Positions 55,908 to 63,991 of a DNA stretch of 64,000 bases are shown here, piece after piece; the stretch's first letter is position 1; each line of letters opens with the position of its first letter. This stretch comes from a virus. A program made the position numbers and the translations under genes. The DNA lies in the IMG/VR virus record IMGVR_UViG_3300045988_144737. One strand, given 5' to 3'. The notes under the pieces were generated by a model, which saw only the letters and a list, made by a program, of their open reading frames with translations, made no database searches and was not told where the DNA came from.

Positions 55908-56162
55908 TTATTTTTCATTACTTTGCGAATTAGAGTTTTTCTTTTTTAATAATTTGATTTCTCTATCTAAATACCATTTTGCTTTTTCTAAGTCTTCGAC
56001 GTGCTTATTAGGATTATTGGATTTTTTCTTCCCTGCTCTGCTAACATATTTAATTACATTACCCAAGCTAAACCCTAAACCCTTATCTTCGATAAAATCA
56101 ATTACTTCTATTTTACCATCTGTATAGTGAGATGGATGTGAAACATTATCATTATCAATCAT
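55908..56162 (-). CDS. DUF3310-like phage protein
   Basis: HPSHYT..IEVIDFI..GNVIKYVSRAGKK..EDLEKAKWYL matches the DUF3310 pattern. Confidence 0.55.
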   Translation of the reverse strand: MIDNDNVSHPSHYTDGKIEVIDFIEDKGLGFSLGNVIKYVSRAGKKKSNNPNKHVEDLEKAKWYLDREIKLLKKKNSNSQSNEK

Positions 56163-56947
56163 TTATTATCACCATAACTTTCTCTAATTTTTTCCAATAA
56201 TCTAATTTGTCCTACTCCTGTAATTAATGTTTTTGTGAAAACCTTTGTTCCATATGGGGTTTTCTTTACAACTTCAACCACCTTAAACATACCATTGTTA
56301 ATATATTTTTGATAAGGATTGTTGTTACTCATCAAATAATGGTTGCTTTTCAACCATTTGAACAAATTGTTCCTTCCCATTTTTATATTTTCGTCTCTAA
56401 TGGTTTTAGCAAACTCTCCAACATCAACACAATCACTTGAATCAGATACTTGTTGAGCAAATCCAACCAATGGTTTTTGTTCAATAAGTTGTTGACTTTG
56501 TTGTTCAATTAGTTTAGATTGTTCTATTCTAACCATTTCTTCCTCAATCCATCTCTTTGCTCTTTCGATTGGGTTTTCAATCATATAACTATCTCGAGAT
56601 GCAATCATATTGTGTTTAACTTTGAAATAAGTTTCCTCTAAAATATCAAATTGTTTCCATGCTTGGTCTGTATCCAAAATCTTACTATGTCGGTTAGCGC
56701 CACGTTCAGTCCATAAATACATGCTTCTGATTTTTGATTGATTTTGTAAGTGACTATTAGTCACCTGCAAAAATTCTTTAAGTTGTTCGCCCTTTAATAA
56801 ATAATAGTCACGCCCCTCAATGAAGCGCCCTTTATTTCTCTTGAAATTTTGTTTAATATTTTCTGTTGAAGTCTCGTAAACTTCAGCCAATTGACGAGTT
56901 GTTAAAACTCTAATTCCTTCATGTTCAATAATTTGTAATTCATCCAT
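56159..56947 (-). CDS. Phage antirepressor (ORF6N N-domain plus KilAC C-domain)
   Basis: Start at MDELQII, after AAGGAG. ..IRVLTTRQLAEVYETS..NF..NK.RF.EG.DYY.L.. (ORF6N), and a C-terminal ..VGEFAK..N.LFKWL.. (KilAC). Confidence 0.7.
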   Translation of the reverse strand: MDELQIIEHEGIRVLTTRQLAEVYETSTENIKQNFKRNKGRFIEGRDYYLLKGEQLKEFLQVTNSHLQNQSKIRSMYLWTERGANRHSKILDTDQAWKQFDILEETYFKVKHNMIASRDSYMIENPIERAKRWIEEEMVRIEQSKLIEQQSQQLIEQKPLVGFAQQVSDSSDCVDVGEFAKTIRDENIKMGRNNLFKWLKSNHYLMSNNNPYQKYINNGMFKVVEVVKKTPYGTKVFTKTLITGVGQIRLLEKIRESYGDNK

Positions 56948-56958
56948 TTTCTTACTCC

Positions 56959-57531
56959 TTACACGCACAAACTAGATACGTGCATAACACTATATCCATT
57001 GCGTTCTGCCCTACGTAAATTCTCTAATTCATCATCAATTAATAATACTTTTTCTTTGCTTAATTTTTTAACCTCTTCTTGTGGAATAAACGTTTCTAAT
57101 ATTTGCTCAATGGAATTGATTTTATATTCTTGATTACCAATAAAGAAAATATCCTCATTGTCAACAAAATCAACCCAATTTTCCAACCATTTTAATTTAT
57201 CATGTATAACAACATTATTAGGCGCTCCTGATAAAATAAACACTTTGCAACCTAATCTTTGAGATAATCTTTTAATCATCATAATATTAGATAATAATGG
57301 CTCTTTATAATAAAATTGCAACGGTTCAAACCAATTATCAATAAACATACTTCTATTATTATAATATTCTACAATAGTTCCATCCATATCTAAAAATATA
57401 TATTCAATATCTAAGGCTTGTAATCTATGTAATAATTTATCAAATTTCATTTTTGCCAACTCATTAAAATCAATTTCAAAATCACTTGTAATAGATTTTG
57501 TATTTAAAATACTATCTTTATCTAACTTCAT
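56959..57531 (-). CDS. HAD-family 5'(3')-deoxyribonucleotidase-like protein
   Basis: DxDxT motif FLDMDGTIV and a late LLIDDE. Confidence 0.55.
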   Translation of the reverse strand: MKLDKDSILNTKSITSDFEIDFNELAKMKFDKLLHRLQALDIEYIFLDMDGTIVEYYNNRSMFIDNWFEPLQFYYKEPLLSNIMMIKRLSQRLGCKVFILSGAPNNVVIHDKLKWLENWVDFVDNEDIFFIGNQEYKINSIEQILETFIPQEEVKKLSKEKVLLIDDELENLRRAERNGYSVMHVSSLCV

Positions 57532-57911
57532 CTTTGCTCTCCTTTTGTTGTTTTATTGTCTAAATCCAAGATGTTTAATCTCATACACTCTTTAAAAATC
57601 ATGTCAATATTTGGGTCATTTTTGTTTTTATTTAAACAATTGTAAAACAATTCATTATTTATCTTTTTATATTTATCAACTTTTTGAACTCGTAAATAAT
57701 CAACTAAAATGCAAGTCATATCATAATATAACAACAAATTAACAATTTTATCATTATATCCACTCAAATCAACTACACCAAAGTCAATCAAGTTTCTTAA
57801 AACTACTTGTAAAGGTATGTTTTTAGTGTCATTTTTTAAATTACTATATCTATCTCTTTCTCTAACTTCCACATCTCTCAACAAAGTATTAAAACTAATC
57901 AATGTACTCAC
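57528..57911 (-). CDS. Hypothetical protein
   Basis: 127-aa ORF in the operon. Confidence 0.6.
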   Translation of the reverse strand: MSTLISFNTLLRDVEVRERDRYSNLKNDTKNIPLQVVLRNLIDFGVVDLSGYNDKIVNLLLYYDMTCILVDYLRVQKVDKYKKINNELFYNCLNKNKNDPNIDMIFKECMRLNILDLDNKTTKGEQR

Positions 57912-58581
57912 TCCAAACTTCTACAACCTTTCTACCCCAATCACTATTATCCCAACGACAACCAATTGTATAGGGTGTGTTTAATCCATATTTATCAACA
58001 TATTTTATTAATAATTTGAATAACCCATGAAACCCATCTTCTTGAGAAGAATAACTATGATAATTATTTTGACCACCAATGCCCCCTGGGTTGTTTTTAG
58101 TCAACCATACCGAACTAGTTCCATTGCTTGTTTCTAGCCTCCATACAGAGTAAGCAAACCCAATATCGATTTGTGGATAATTTTGAGCAACGCTTTTAAA
58201 CAATTGATTATCAATTTTATTTGGGTCAGTTAATTGAGCATTAATATTTGTATGAATATCAACACTATGGTTATACATAGCCAACCTAGCTTGTCTCTCT
58301 TGTTCTGCTTTTTCTAACTTCAATCTCTCTTCTTCTTGTTTTCTTTGCTCTTCTCTTGCCCTAGCTTGAGCAAGTGAATATTGCCTAATTCTTTCATCTT
58401 CTTGTTGTTTTTCCAATTGTTTCTTTTTAACATTGTCATCCAATGCTTTCATTTGCCTTTTTGCCATATTGGTTACTTTTTCTTTGTGCTTAGTATTTAG
58501 TTTTACAATTGGGTGAAACACCGAACTAATAGACAACATCAAGGCTGTTGTAACGCCAATTGCTTGTTTCTTTGTTTTCAT
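57895..58581 (-). CDS. Membrane-anchored glucosaminidase-like cell-wall hydrolase
   Basis: N-terminal TM/signal AIGVTTALMLSISSVF, a Glu/Arg coiled coil, and C-terminal ..WRLETSNGTS..NNPGGIG..YSSQEDG.. (glucosaminidase-like). Confidence 0.5.
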   Translation of the reverse strand: MKTKKQAIGVTTALMLSISSVFHPIVKLNTKHKEKVTNMAKRQMKALDDNVKKKQLEKQQEDERIRQYSLAQARAREEQRKQEEERLKLEKAEQERQARLAMYNHSVDIHTNINAQLTDPNKIDNQLFKSVAQNYPQIDIGFAYSVWRLETSNGTSSVWLTKNNPGGIGGQNNYHSYSSQEDGFHGLFKLLIKYVDKYGLNTPYTIGCRWDNSDWGRKVVEVWSEYID

Positions 58582-58631
58582 AAAATCCTCCTATTTGAGA
58601 CAAATAACCTAATTAATTATAGACAAATAGC

Positions 58632-59507
58632 CTACAATTGATTTAATAATCCATTAGCACTCATTCTATTAACCATTTTATTTTTTGTAACATGAGAGTA
58701 AATATTTAATGTGGTACTAATATCACTATGCCCCAATTCTTCTTGTAACTCTTTAACATTTGCTCCATTTTCAATTTGAATACTTGCAAAACTATGTCTT
58801 AAACAATGAAAATGAAAGTCTTTGTAATCTTCAAATCCGTTTTTTCTTAATACCGATTTAAAATTGTTATTAATATTTCTTTTATCTATTTTATTACCAT
58901 GTTTAGTAATAAATAAAATATCATTATTTGCTTGCGGTCTATCATTAACAATATAATCTTTTATGTAGTTTAAAGTAGGTTTGGAAAATCCTAAAAATCT
59001 TTCCTTGTTTCCCTTACCGATAACTCTAACGAATCCACCATCTTCGCTTTCTTGAATATCTTTAATACAAATATTTGTAACTTCTCCATAACGCATACCA
59101 GTTTCTAAGATTAAACTGTACAAAGCCTTATCTCTTGGTTTTTTAAGACCACGAATTAATTTTAAAGCATCTTGTGTATTTAGAAATTTTGTTTCTTTCT
59201 TATTTCTAATTTTGTATTTTAACAAATATGGACTTTTGTCAATCAATCCTCTTTGATAAAAATAATTATATAGTTGTTTGATAGGCATTGTATAATTAAA
59301 TTGAGTATTAACAGACAATCCTTTTTTTACCAAAAAATAATTATATTCTTCAATATCAAAAGATGTAATTTTTAACAAATCATCCAATGTTTTAATTTCT
59401 TGGAAATCAAACCACATTTCTAAATTCTTTTTGTAAATGTTATATGTATTATCTTTGCCATCATTTTTAATTAATCCATTTAAAAATATTTCTACTTCTC
59501 TTATCAT
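58632..59507 (-). CDS. Tyrosine recombinase/integrase (XerC/D-like)
   Basis: Start at MIREVEIF, after AAGAGG. ..GMRYGE.., HCLRHSFAS, LGHSDISTTLNIYSHV (R..HxxR..H..Y). Confidence 0.9.
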   Translation of the reverse strand: MIREVEIFLNGLIKNDGKDNTYNIYKKNLEMWFDFQEIKTLDDLLKITSFDIEEYNYFLVKKGLSVNTQFNYTMPIKQLYNYFYQRGLIDKSPYLLKYKIRNKKETKFLNTQDALKLIRGLKKPRDKALYSLILETGMRYGEVTNICIKDIQESEDGGFVRVIGKGNKERFLGFSKPTLNYIKDYIVNDRPQANNDILFITKHGNKIDKRNINNNFKSVLRKNGFEDYKDFHFHCLRHSFASIQIENGANVKELQEELGHSDISTTLNIYSHVTKNKMVNRMSANGLLNQL

Positions 59508-59549
59508 TTTCGCACGACCTCTTTCTATTTGTTTTCTTAATACAACTAC

Positions 59550-59578
59550 ATTATATAATTTATTTTTCCACAAGTCAA
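59550..59578 (-). promoter_or_regulatory. Sigma-A-type promoter for the recombinase gene
   Basis: (-) sense TTGACT (59578-59573), 17 nt, then TATAAT (59555-59550). Confidence 0.6.
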
Positions 59579-59598
59579 TACAATTCAATCACAAATTT

Positions 59599-59952
59599 TT
59601 AATAAATTCTTAATGCACATTTTAAAGCATTTTCTAAATCTTCCATTTCATCGTAATACAATTTGTCTAAGGTTTTTACAACTTGTTTTTTTGCAATAGT
59701 TGTAATTTGCTCACACAAACAAATACTTTCTTTGTAATTTAGATTTAATATTGTATGAGTTGGCAAGCGCTTTTTCTTTTTTGAAGTTAATGGTACAACA
59801 ATTAGAATATCGCTATATTGATTACCAACATTGTTACTAACAACAACGCATGGTCTTACACCGCTTTGAATATTATTTTCTTTTTGTTCTCCCAAATCAA
59901 CTAATACCACATCTCCTCTTTTAAAATTTTTATCTTGTTCATTTTTATCCAT
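59599..59952 (-). CDS. MazF/PemK-family endoribonuclease toxin (no adjacent antitoxin ORF)
   Basis: KRGDVVLVDLGEQKENNIQSGVRPCVVVSNN..ILIVVPLTSKKK matches the PemK core (RGdi..vdl....G.E..g.RP.vVvs......v.vvPlTs). GGAGG RBS. Confidence 0.75.
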   Translation of the reverse strand: MDKNEQDKNFKRGDVVLVDLGEQKENNIQSGVRPCVVVSNNVGNQYSDILIVVPLTSKKKKRLPTHTILNLNYKESICLCEQITTIAKKQVVKTLDKLYYDEMEDLENALKCALRIY

Positions 59953-59981
59953 ATGTACTTCCTCCGTATTTGTAATTTAAT

Positions 59982-60101
59982 AAAATTATTTTTATTGATA
60001 AAACTCCGTTTTGAAAAAATATTTTTATTATGCAATCTAGGATTTTGAAAAATAAAAAATTATTTTTATTAACAAAACTATAAAATAAAAAAATATTTTT
60101 A
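59982..60101. repeat. Two 46-nt direct repeats (59982-60027, 60056-60101) upstream of the toxin gene
   Basis: AAAATTATTTTTATTGATAAAACT..AAAAAATATTTTTA vs AAAATTATTTTTATTAACAAAACT..AAAAAATATTTTTA. 37 of 46 positions identical, period 74 nt. Confidence 0.7.
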
Positions 60102-60959
60102 GCGTTATTATATAGATACTATATATATTTTATTATAGTTTTATTGATATCTTTTATATCAAACCTTGATTACGATACTAATTATATCATATATTTAACT
60201 AATGTCAATATTTAATTTCAATTATTTATTTTTGAACGTTTAATATAGTATAAGCATAATACTACCAAACAAATTATTTAGATTTAATCAATATAATTCT
60301 ATTTTTAAAACAACACAACCATTAATACAATTTATTAATACTTTGCAACATTCCATTATCGACCATACGAGAGCAATAATGAATGATTATATATAGTTAT
60401 CATAAAACAATAAAACAACTCTACACAATGTCATATGGTTTATATACACCCATATATAGATTTGATGAATTATATTAACTTTGTAGACCATAAACACATT
60501 CTATTAAATCTATTAATTATAAACATAATAACAAATACAACTAGCTAATACTTACAACCATCTTATTTACAATCAACATTCCTTACGCCAAACACAAGCG
60601 AAGTCACCACATTGTATAGCAATGAAATGGTTACAAAAGCAATTATGAAACCCTTATATTAATAACTTTTAAGAACCAAAAGCGACGATAAATGTATCAA
60701 TTGTAAAATTGTTTGCTTTTAAAACCCACATTTTACATACCACGGTTTAAAACTTTGCGACATTATACATTGTACGCTTTACTCGAATTGCGACATTGCA
60801 AACTTTAAGCCCTTTATTTTTTGTAGAAAGGATAAACCCCCTGCTTTACTGGATTTCCGACATTTCGAATTTTCCTATTTATTCCCTATAACCCAACTAT
60901 ATCAAGAAAAAACAGATCCGTCAAGAGATTAACTAAGAAAATTTTTTAAAAAATAATTG

Positions 60960-60988
60960 TTGACTTATTTATTGAACACTAGTATAAT
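60960..60988 (+). promoter_or_regulatory. Sigma-A-type promoter, start of the rightward early block
   Basis: TTGACT (60960-60965), 17 nt, then TATAAT (60983-60988). Confidence 0.65.
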
Positions 60989-61014
60989 ATTAGATGAAAG
61001 GAGGCATAATAATA

Positions 61015-61383
61015 ATGAAACTAAAGGTAAAAGAATTAAACAACAATAATATTATTACATTAGATAACGTTAAAAGTGCAATTGCAATTAAGAAAAGTAA
61101 TGATATTCTTGTAACTACAAAAGACAACAAAATAAATACATTAAATAATTGCTCTATATGCAATAATGTATTAGTAGATATTTTAGAAAATGATTTAAGA
61201 AATAAAAATATTAATATCTACGATGATTTGACAAACGAGTTTCTTATCTATGGCAAAGGTGAAAAACTCTTTCAATTGTTAAACTTTAACTATATGACAT
61301 ACCACGAGGTAATAGCAATTGCGCAAAATAAAGATAGTTATGATATATTTGTAACTAATCTTAAAACAAAAGAAATTAAATAA
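61015..61383 (+). CDS. Hypothetical early protein
   Basis: The ATG at 61015 lies 10 nt after AAGGAGG. The track start at 60994 contains the RBS itself. Confidence 0.6.
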   Translation: MKLKVKELNNNNIITLDNVKSAIAIKKSNDILVTTKDNKINTLNNCSICNNVLVDILENDLRNKNINIYDDLTNEFLIYGKGEKLFQLLNFNYMTYHEVIAIAQNKDSYDIFVTNLKTKEIK

Positions 61384-61401
61384 AAAAAAGAAAATATAAA
61401 T

Positions 61402-61452
61402 AATTCTTTACATTATTAATAAAGTAGTATATAATTAATAGTGTAAAGAATT
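61402..61452 (+). promoter_or_regulatory. Inverted-repeat promoter cassette, copy A
   Basis: AATTCTTTACA, 29 nt, then TGTAAAGAATT. TTTACA (61407-61412), 17 nt, then TATAAT (61430-61435). Confidence 0.65.
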
Positions 61453-61474
61453 ACTAAGAAAGGAATGACATTAA

Positions 61475-61879
61475 ATGAAATTTGTTTATAGTGATGGCGG
61501 TAGAAATAGATATTTTAAAGCTAACAACGTTAATGATTGCGTAATTAGAGCTATATGCAATGCTACACAAAAAGATTATTTAGAAGTTTACAATGATTTG
61601 AAAAAATTAAATGGTGGTAAATCTTGCAGAAATGGAACACCGTTAAAAGTTGCTAAAAAATACATTAATAGTTTAAAGGGGTGGGAATGGGTTCCAACAA
61701 TGCTAGTCGGACAAGGTTGTAAAGTCCACTTAAAAAAAGATGAACTACCAAAAGGGATTCTTATTATTTCCTTAAGCAAGCATTATACTTGTGTAAAAAA
61801 TGGGGTAATATATGATACATATGATTGCTCGCGCAATGAAACGAGGTGTGTATATGGTTTTTGGATTAAGAAAAATTAA
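61475..61879 (+). CDS. Hypothetical early protein with a Cys...His...Asp pattern
   Basis: 134-aa ORF with an AAAGGAA RBS. ..NDCVIRAI.. and ..SKHYTCVKNGVIYDTYD.. suggest a papain-like fold (weak inference). Confidence 0.55.
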   Translation: MKFVYSDGGRNRYFKANNVNDCVIRAICNATQKDYLEVYNDLKKLNGGKSCRNGTPLKVAKKYINSLKGWEWVPTMLVGQGCKVHLKKDELPKGILIISLSKHYTCVKNGVIYDTYDCSRNETRCVYGFWIKKN

Positions 61880-62060
61880 GTTTGCTTATTATTTAAATAT
61901 TTTTAAAATTAGGTATATTAATAGGAATTGTATATAAATTATGATTAGTATTTTTAACACCTATAAACACCAATTTAAAGGTGGTGAAGATAATTGGGCG
62001 CGTTAATTGTATTACTTATTATTTGGATATTTTTAAAATTAGATAAATTAGTTTAAAATA

Positions 62061-62109
62061 ATTCTTTACATTATTAATAAAATAGTATATAATTAATAGT
62101 GTAAAGAAT
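62061..62109 (+). promoter_or_regulatory. Inverted-repeat promoter cassette, copy B
   Basis: Nearly identical to copy A (one internal mismatch). TTTACA (62065-62070), 17 nt, then TATAAT (62088-62093). Arms ATTCTTTACA and TGTAAAGAAT. Confidence 0.65.
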
Positions 62110-62129
62110 AATAAAAGGAGAAAAGAAAA

Positions 62130-62417
62130 ATGGAAAAATTAAATTATTATTTAAAACCACAATACGATAAAGCAAAGTCTTTTTACAACAAAGCCGAGGT
62201 TGTAGATTATGGAGAAGTTAAATATTTGTATTCTTATAATACTTTAGTATGTACTTTAAAAAATGGTAAACTTGAATTAAATTATAATATTGATGAACAT
62301 TTATTATTTAGTAGAACAACCCTAAGACATATTAAAGAGTTCTTAAACCAACATTTTAAAGATAGCGAACGCTTTAAGACAAAAAAAGAAATTATTGAAT
62401 TTGCAATAAATAAATAA
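62130..62417 (+). CDS. Hypothetical early protein
   Basis: 95-aa ORF with an AAGGAG RBS. Confidence 0.6.
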   Translation: MEKLNYYLKPQYDKAKSFYNKAEVVDYGEVKYLYSYNTLVCTLKNGKLELNYNIDEHLLFSRTTLRHIKEFLNQHFKDSERFKTKKEIIEFAINK

Positions 62418-62442
62418 GGGCAAACCCCTAAGGAGCACGAAA

Positions 62443-62997
62443 ATGAACGCAAAAGAAAGCATATTAAAATTATACATAGAAAACAATTTAAGTGACGAAG
62501 ATTTATTAAATTTATTTAAGGCATATGATGGATATTCTGGTAATTATGAATTTTGTAATACATGGGATTTAGAAGAATTATGCTTTTGTTATAATGCTTA
62601 TGACGTAGCAAAAATGATTATTAACGGAAATGTAAATAGTGTCGATGATGATGTTAGGTTCGATGATGATGGAAATTTAGAAAGCATAGACAATTATGAT
62701 TTATACGATGAAATGTATGATTACTTAGGTAGTTTATGCGACGATTTATTGTCTAGTTGGTATAATATTGATAGTGAAATTGAATTTATAGATTATGATT
62801 TAAGAGCATTATTAGAGCATTTAGATTGTCGAGACGATGAATTATATATTAGATTAAATGATAACAACATTACAAAAGATGTTTTAATTAGTGATATCGA
62901 TTTCGATAAAATTGATGATGTTTGCGATGTAAATTTAATTTGTGAAGAAGTAGATAATGATAATTTTGTTTTTATTGAGTTAGCTTGTAACTTTTAA
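62443..62997 (+). CDS. Highly acidic early protein (DNA-mimic / anti-restriction candidate)
   Basis: 184 aa with about 48 Asp+Glu vs about 10 Lys+Arg by hand count. AAGGAG RBS. Sits in the early block. Confidence 0.6.
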   Translation: MNAKESILKLYIENNLSDEDLLNLFKAYDGYSGNYEFCNTWDLEELCFCYNAYDVAKMIINGNVNSVDDDVRFDDDGNLESIDNYDLYDEMYDYLGSLCDDLLSSWYNIDSEIEFIDYDLRALLEHLDCRDDELYIRLNDNNITKDVLISDIDFDKIDDVCDVNLICEEVDNDNFVFIELACNF

Positions 62998-63015
62998 ATT
63001 TTATTTAAAATAATT

Positions 63016-63058
63016 ATTGACACTATTAATGAATTGATATATAATTAGTAGTGTCAAT
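63016..63058 (+). promoter_or_regulatory. Inverted-repeat promoter cassette, copy C
   Basis: ATTGACACT, 25 nt, then AGTGTCAAT. TTGACA (63017-63022), 17 nt, then TATAAT (63040-63045). Confidence 0.65.
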
Positions 63059-63086
63059 AAAAATTATATTAAAGGGGTGAAAAATA

Positions 63087-63164
63087 ATGAAACTCAAACT
63101 AATTAAAGGCTTATATAAATTACATATTATCGATTTAGAAAAAGCCATGGCACTAAGCAAATAA
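63087..63164 (+). CDS. Micro-ORF (25 aa) behind cassette C
   Basis: GGGGTGA RBS 7 nt before the ATG. MKLKLIKGLYKLHIIDLEKAMALSK. Confidence 0.3.
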   Translation: MKLKLIKGLYKLHIIDLEKAMALSK

Positions 63165-63270
63165 AGCATATTAAAAATAAATTAATAAAAGTATTGCAAT
63201 TATAATACATATATGATATATTAATAATGTGGAAAATATCCATAAAAAACATATGAAAGAGGTAAACAAA

Positions 63271-63732
63271 ATGGAAAAACAAAAAATCACAAAATTTGGC
63301 GATGATTATTATTTATTAGGGATCAACCAAAACAATGAAAAGGTATGGTTAGAAAAACCTAGTTGGGATTGCAATTGGTATTGGGGTTTGGGATATGTAG
63401 AAATCTTTAACCAAAATTATAGCGATATTGATACACATACGCACTTTAATTTATTGTTCTTTAACACAAACAAAATGAGCCGTGACGCTTTTAAAGAATA
63501 TTTTAAAGAAACAACTCTAAATAATAAAGAACTATGGACGTTGTTAGAATGTATGAAATCTTTATATACACTAAGCGAGTATAGTGAACTCTTGCATATA
63601 GGCGGAAGTAACTACACATCAAACCCTTGCAAAGAATTATTAAAAAATGAAAATGAATATGATAGAATTAATAATATTTTAATTCCTAACTTATGGGAAC
63701 AAGTAGAAAATATTTTAAAGGGGGATAAATAA
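63271..63732 (+). CDS. Hypothetical early protein
   Basis: ATG at 63271 after AAAGAGG. The track's GTG start at 63229 lacks an RBS. Confidence 0.6.
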   Translation: MEKQKITKFGDDYYLLGINQNNEKVWLEKPSWDCNWYWGLGYVEIFNQNYSDIDTHTHFNLLFFNTNKMSRDAFKEYFKETTLNNKELWTLLECMKSLYTLSEYSELLHIGGSNYTSNPCKELLKNENEYDRINNILIPNLWEQVENILKGDK

Positions 63733-63734
63733 AA

Positions 63735-63974
63735 ATGACAAAAAAGGAAATTATCCAAAACACTAAACCTTTTGCTTATTATAGCGGTTACAGCGGTATA
63801 GAATTACATCATATTGAGTATGGGATTGATGACCATGTGTATTTTATAGCAGGCACACGGACTGCTAACAAGTCATATCACAAAAGTAAGGTTTACTTTA
63901 ACTTAAATGGTGATAGTTATATTAAATTTAATGGAAATAGAATTCCATTAGGTGAATGTATTATGATGAATTAA
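63735..63974 (+). CDS. Small hypothetical early protein
   Basis: 79-aa ORF starting 3 nt after the previous stop. Confidence 0.6.
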   Translation: MTKKEIIQNTKPFAYYSGYSGIELHHIEYGIDDHVYFIAGTRTANKSYHKSKVYFNLNGDSYIKFNGNRIPLGECIMMN

Positions 63975-63991
63975 AAAGGAGAAGGGTAAAA

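Noticed and set aside
59982-60101. AT-rich direct repeats considered as a CRISPR array or a ToxI-like type III antitoxin array.
   Set aside because: There are only two imperfect copies, with no repeat-spacer periodicity typical of CRISPR. The adjacent toxin is a classical PemK (type II) fold rather than a ToxN/CptN-type toxin. The RNA-antitoxin idea is kept only as a low-probability option in the finding.
59953-60993. Prophage/host junction at the non-coding region beside the recombinase.
   Set aside because: Both flanks look like phage sequence. The promoter-in-inverted-repeat design to the right (61402, 62061, 63016) also occurs inside the tail operon (2794), so the window appears to be one contiguous phage genome. 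attP within the region remains possible.
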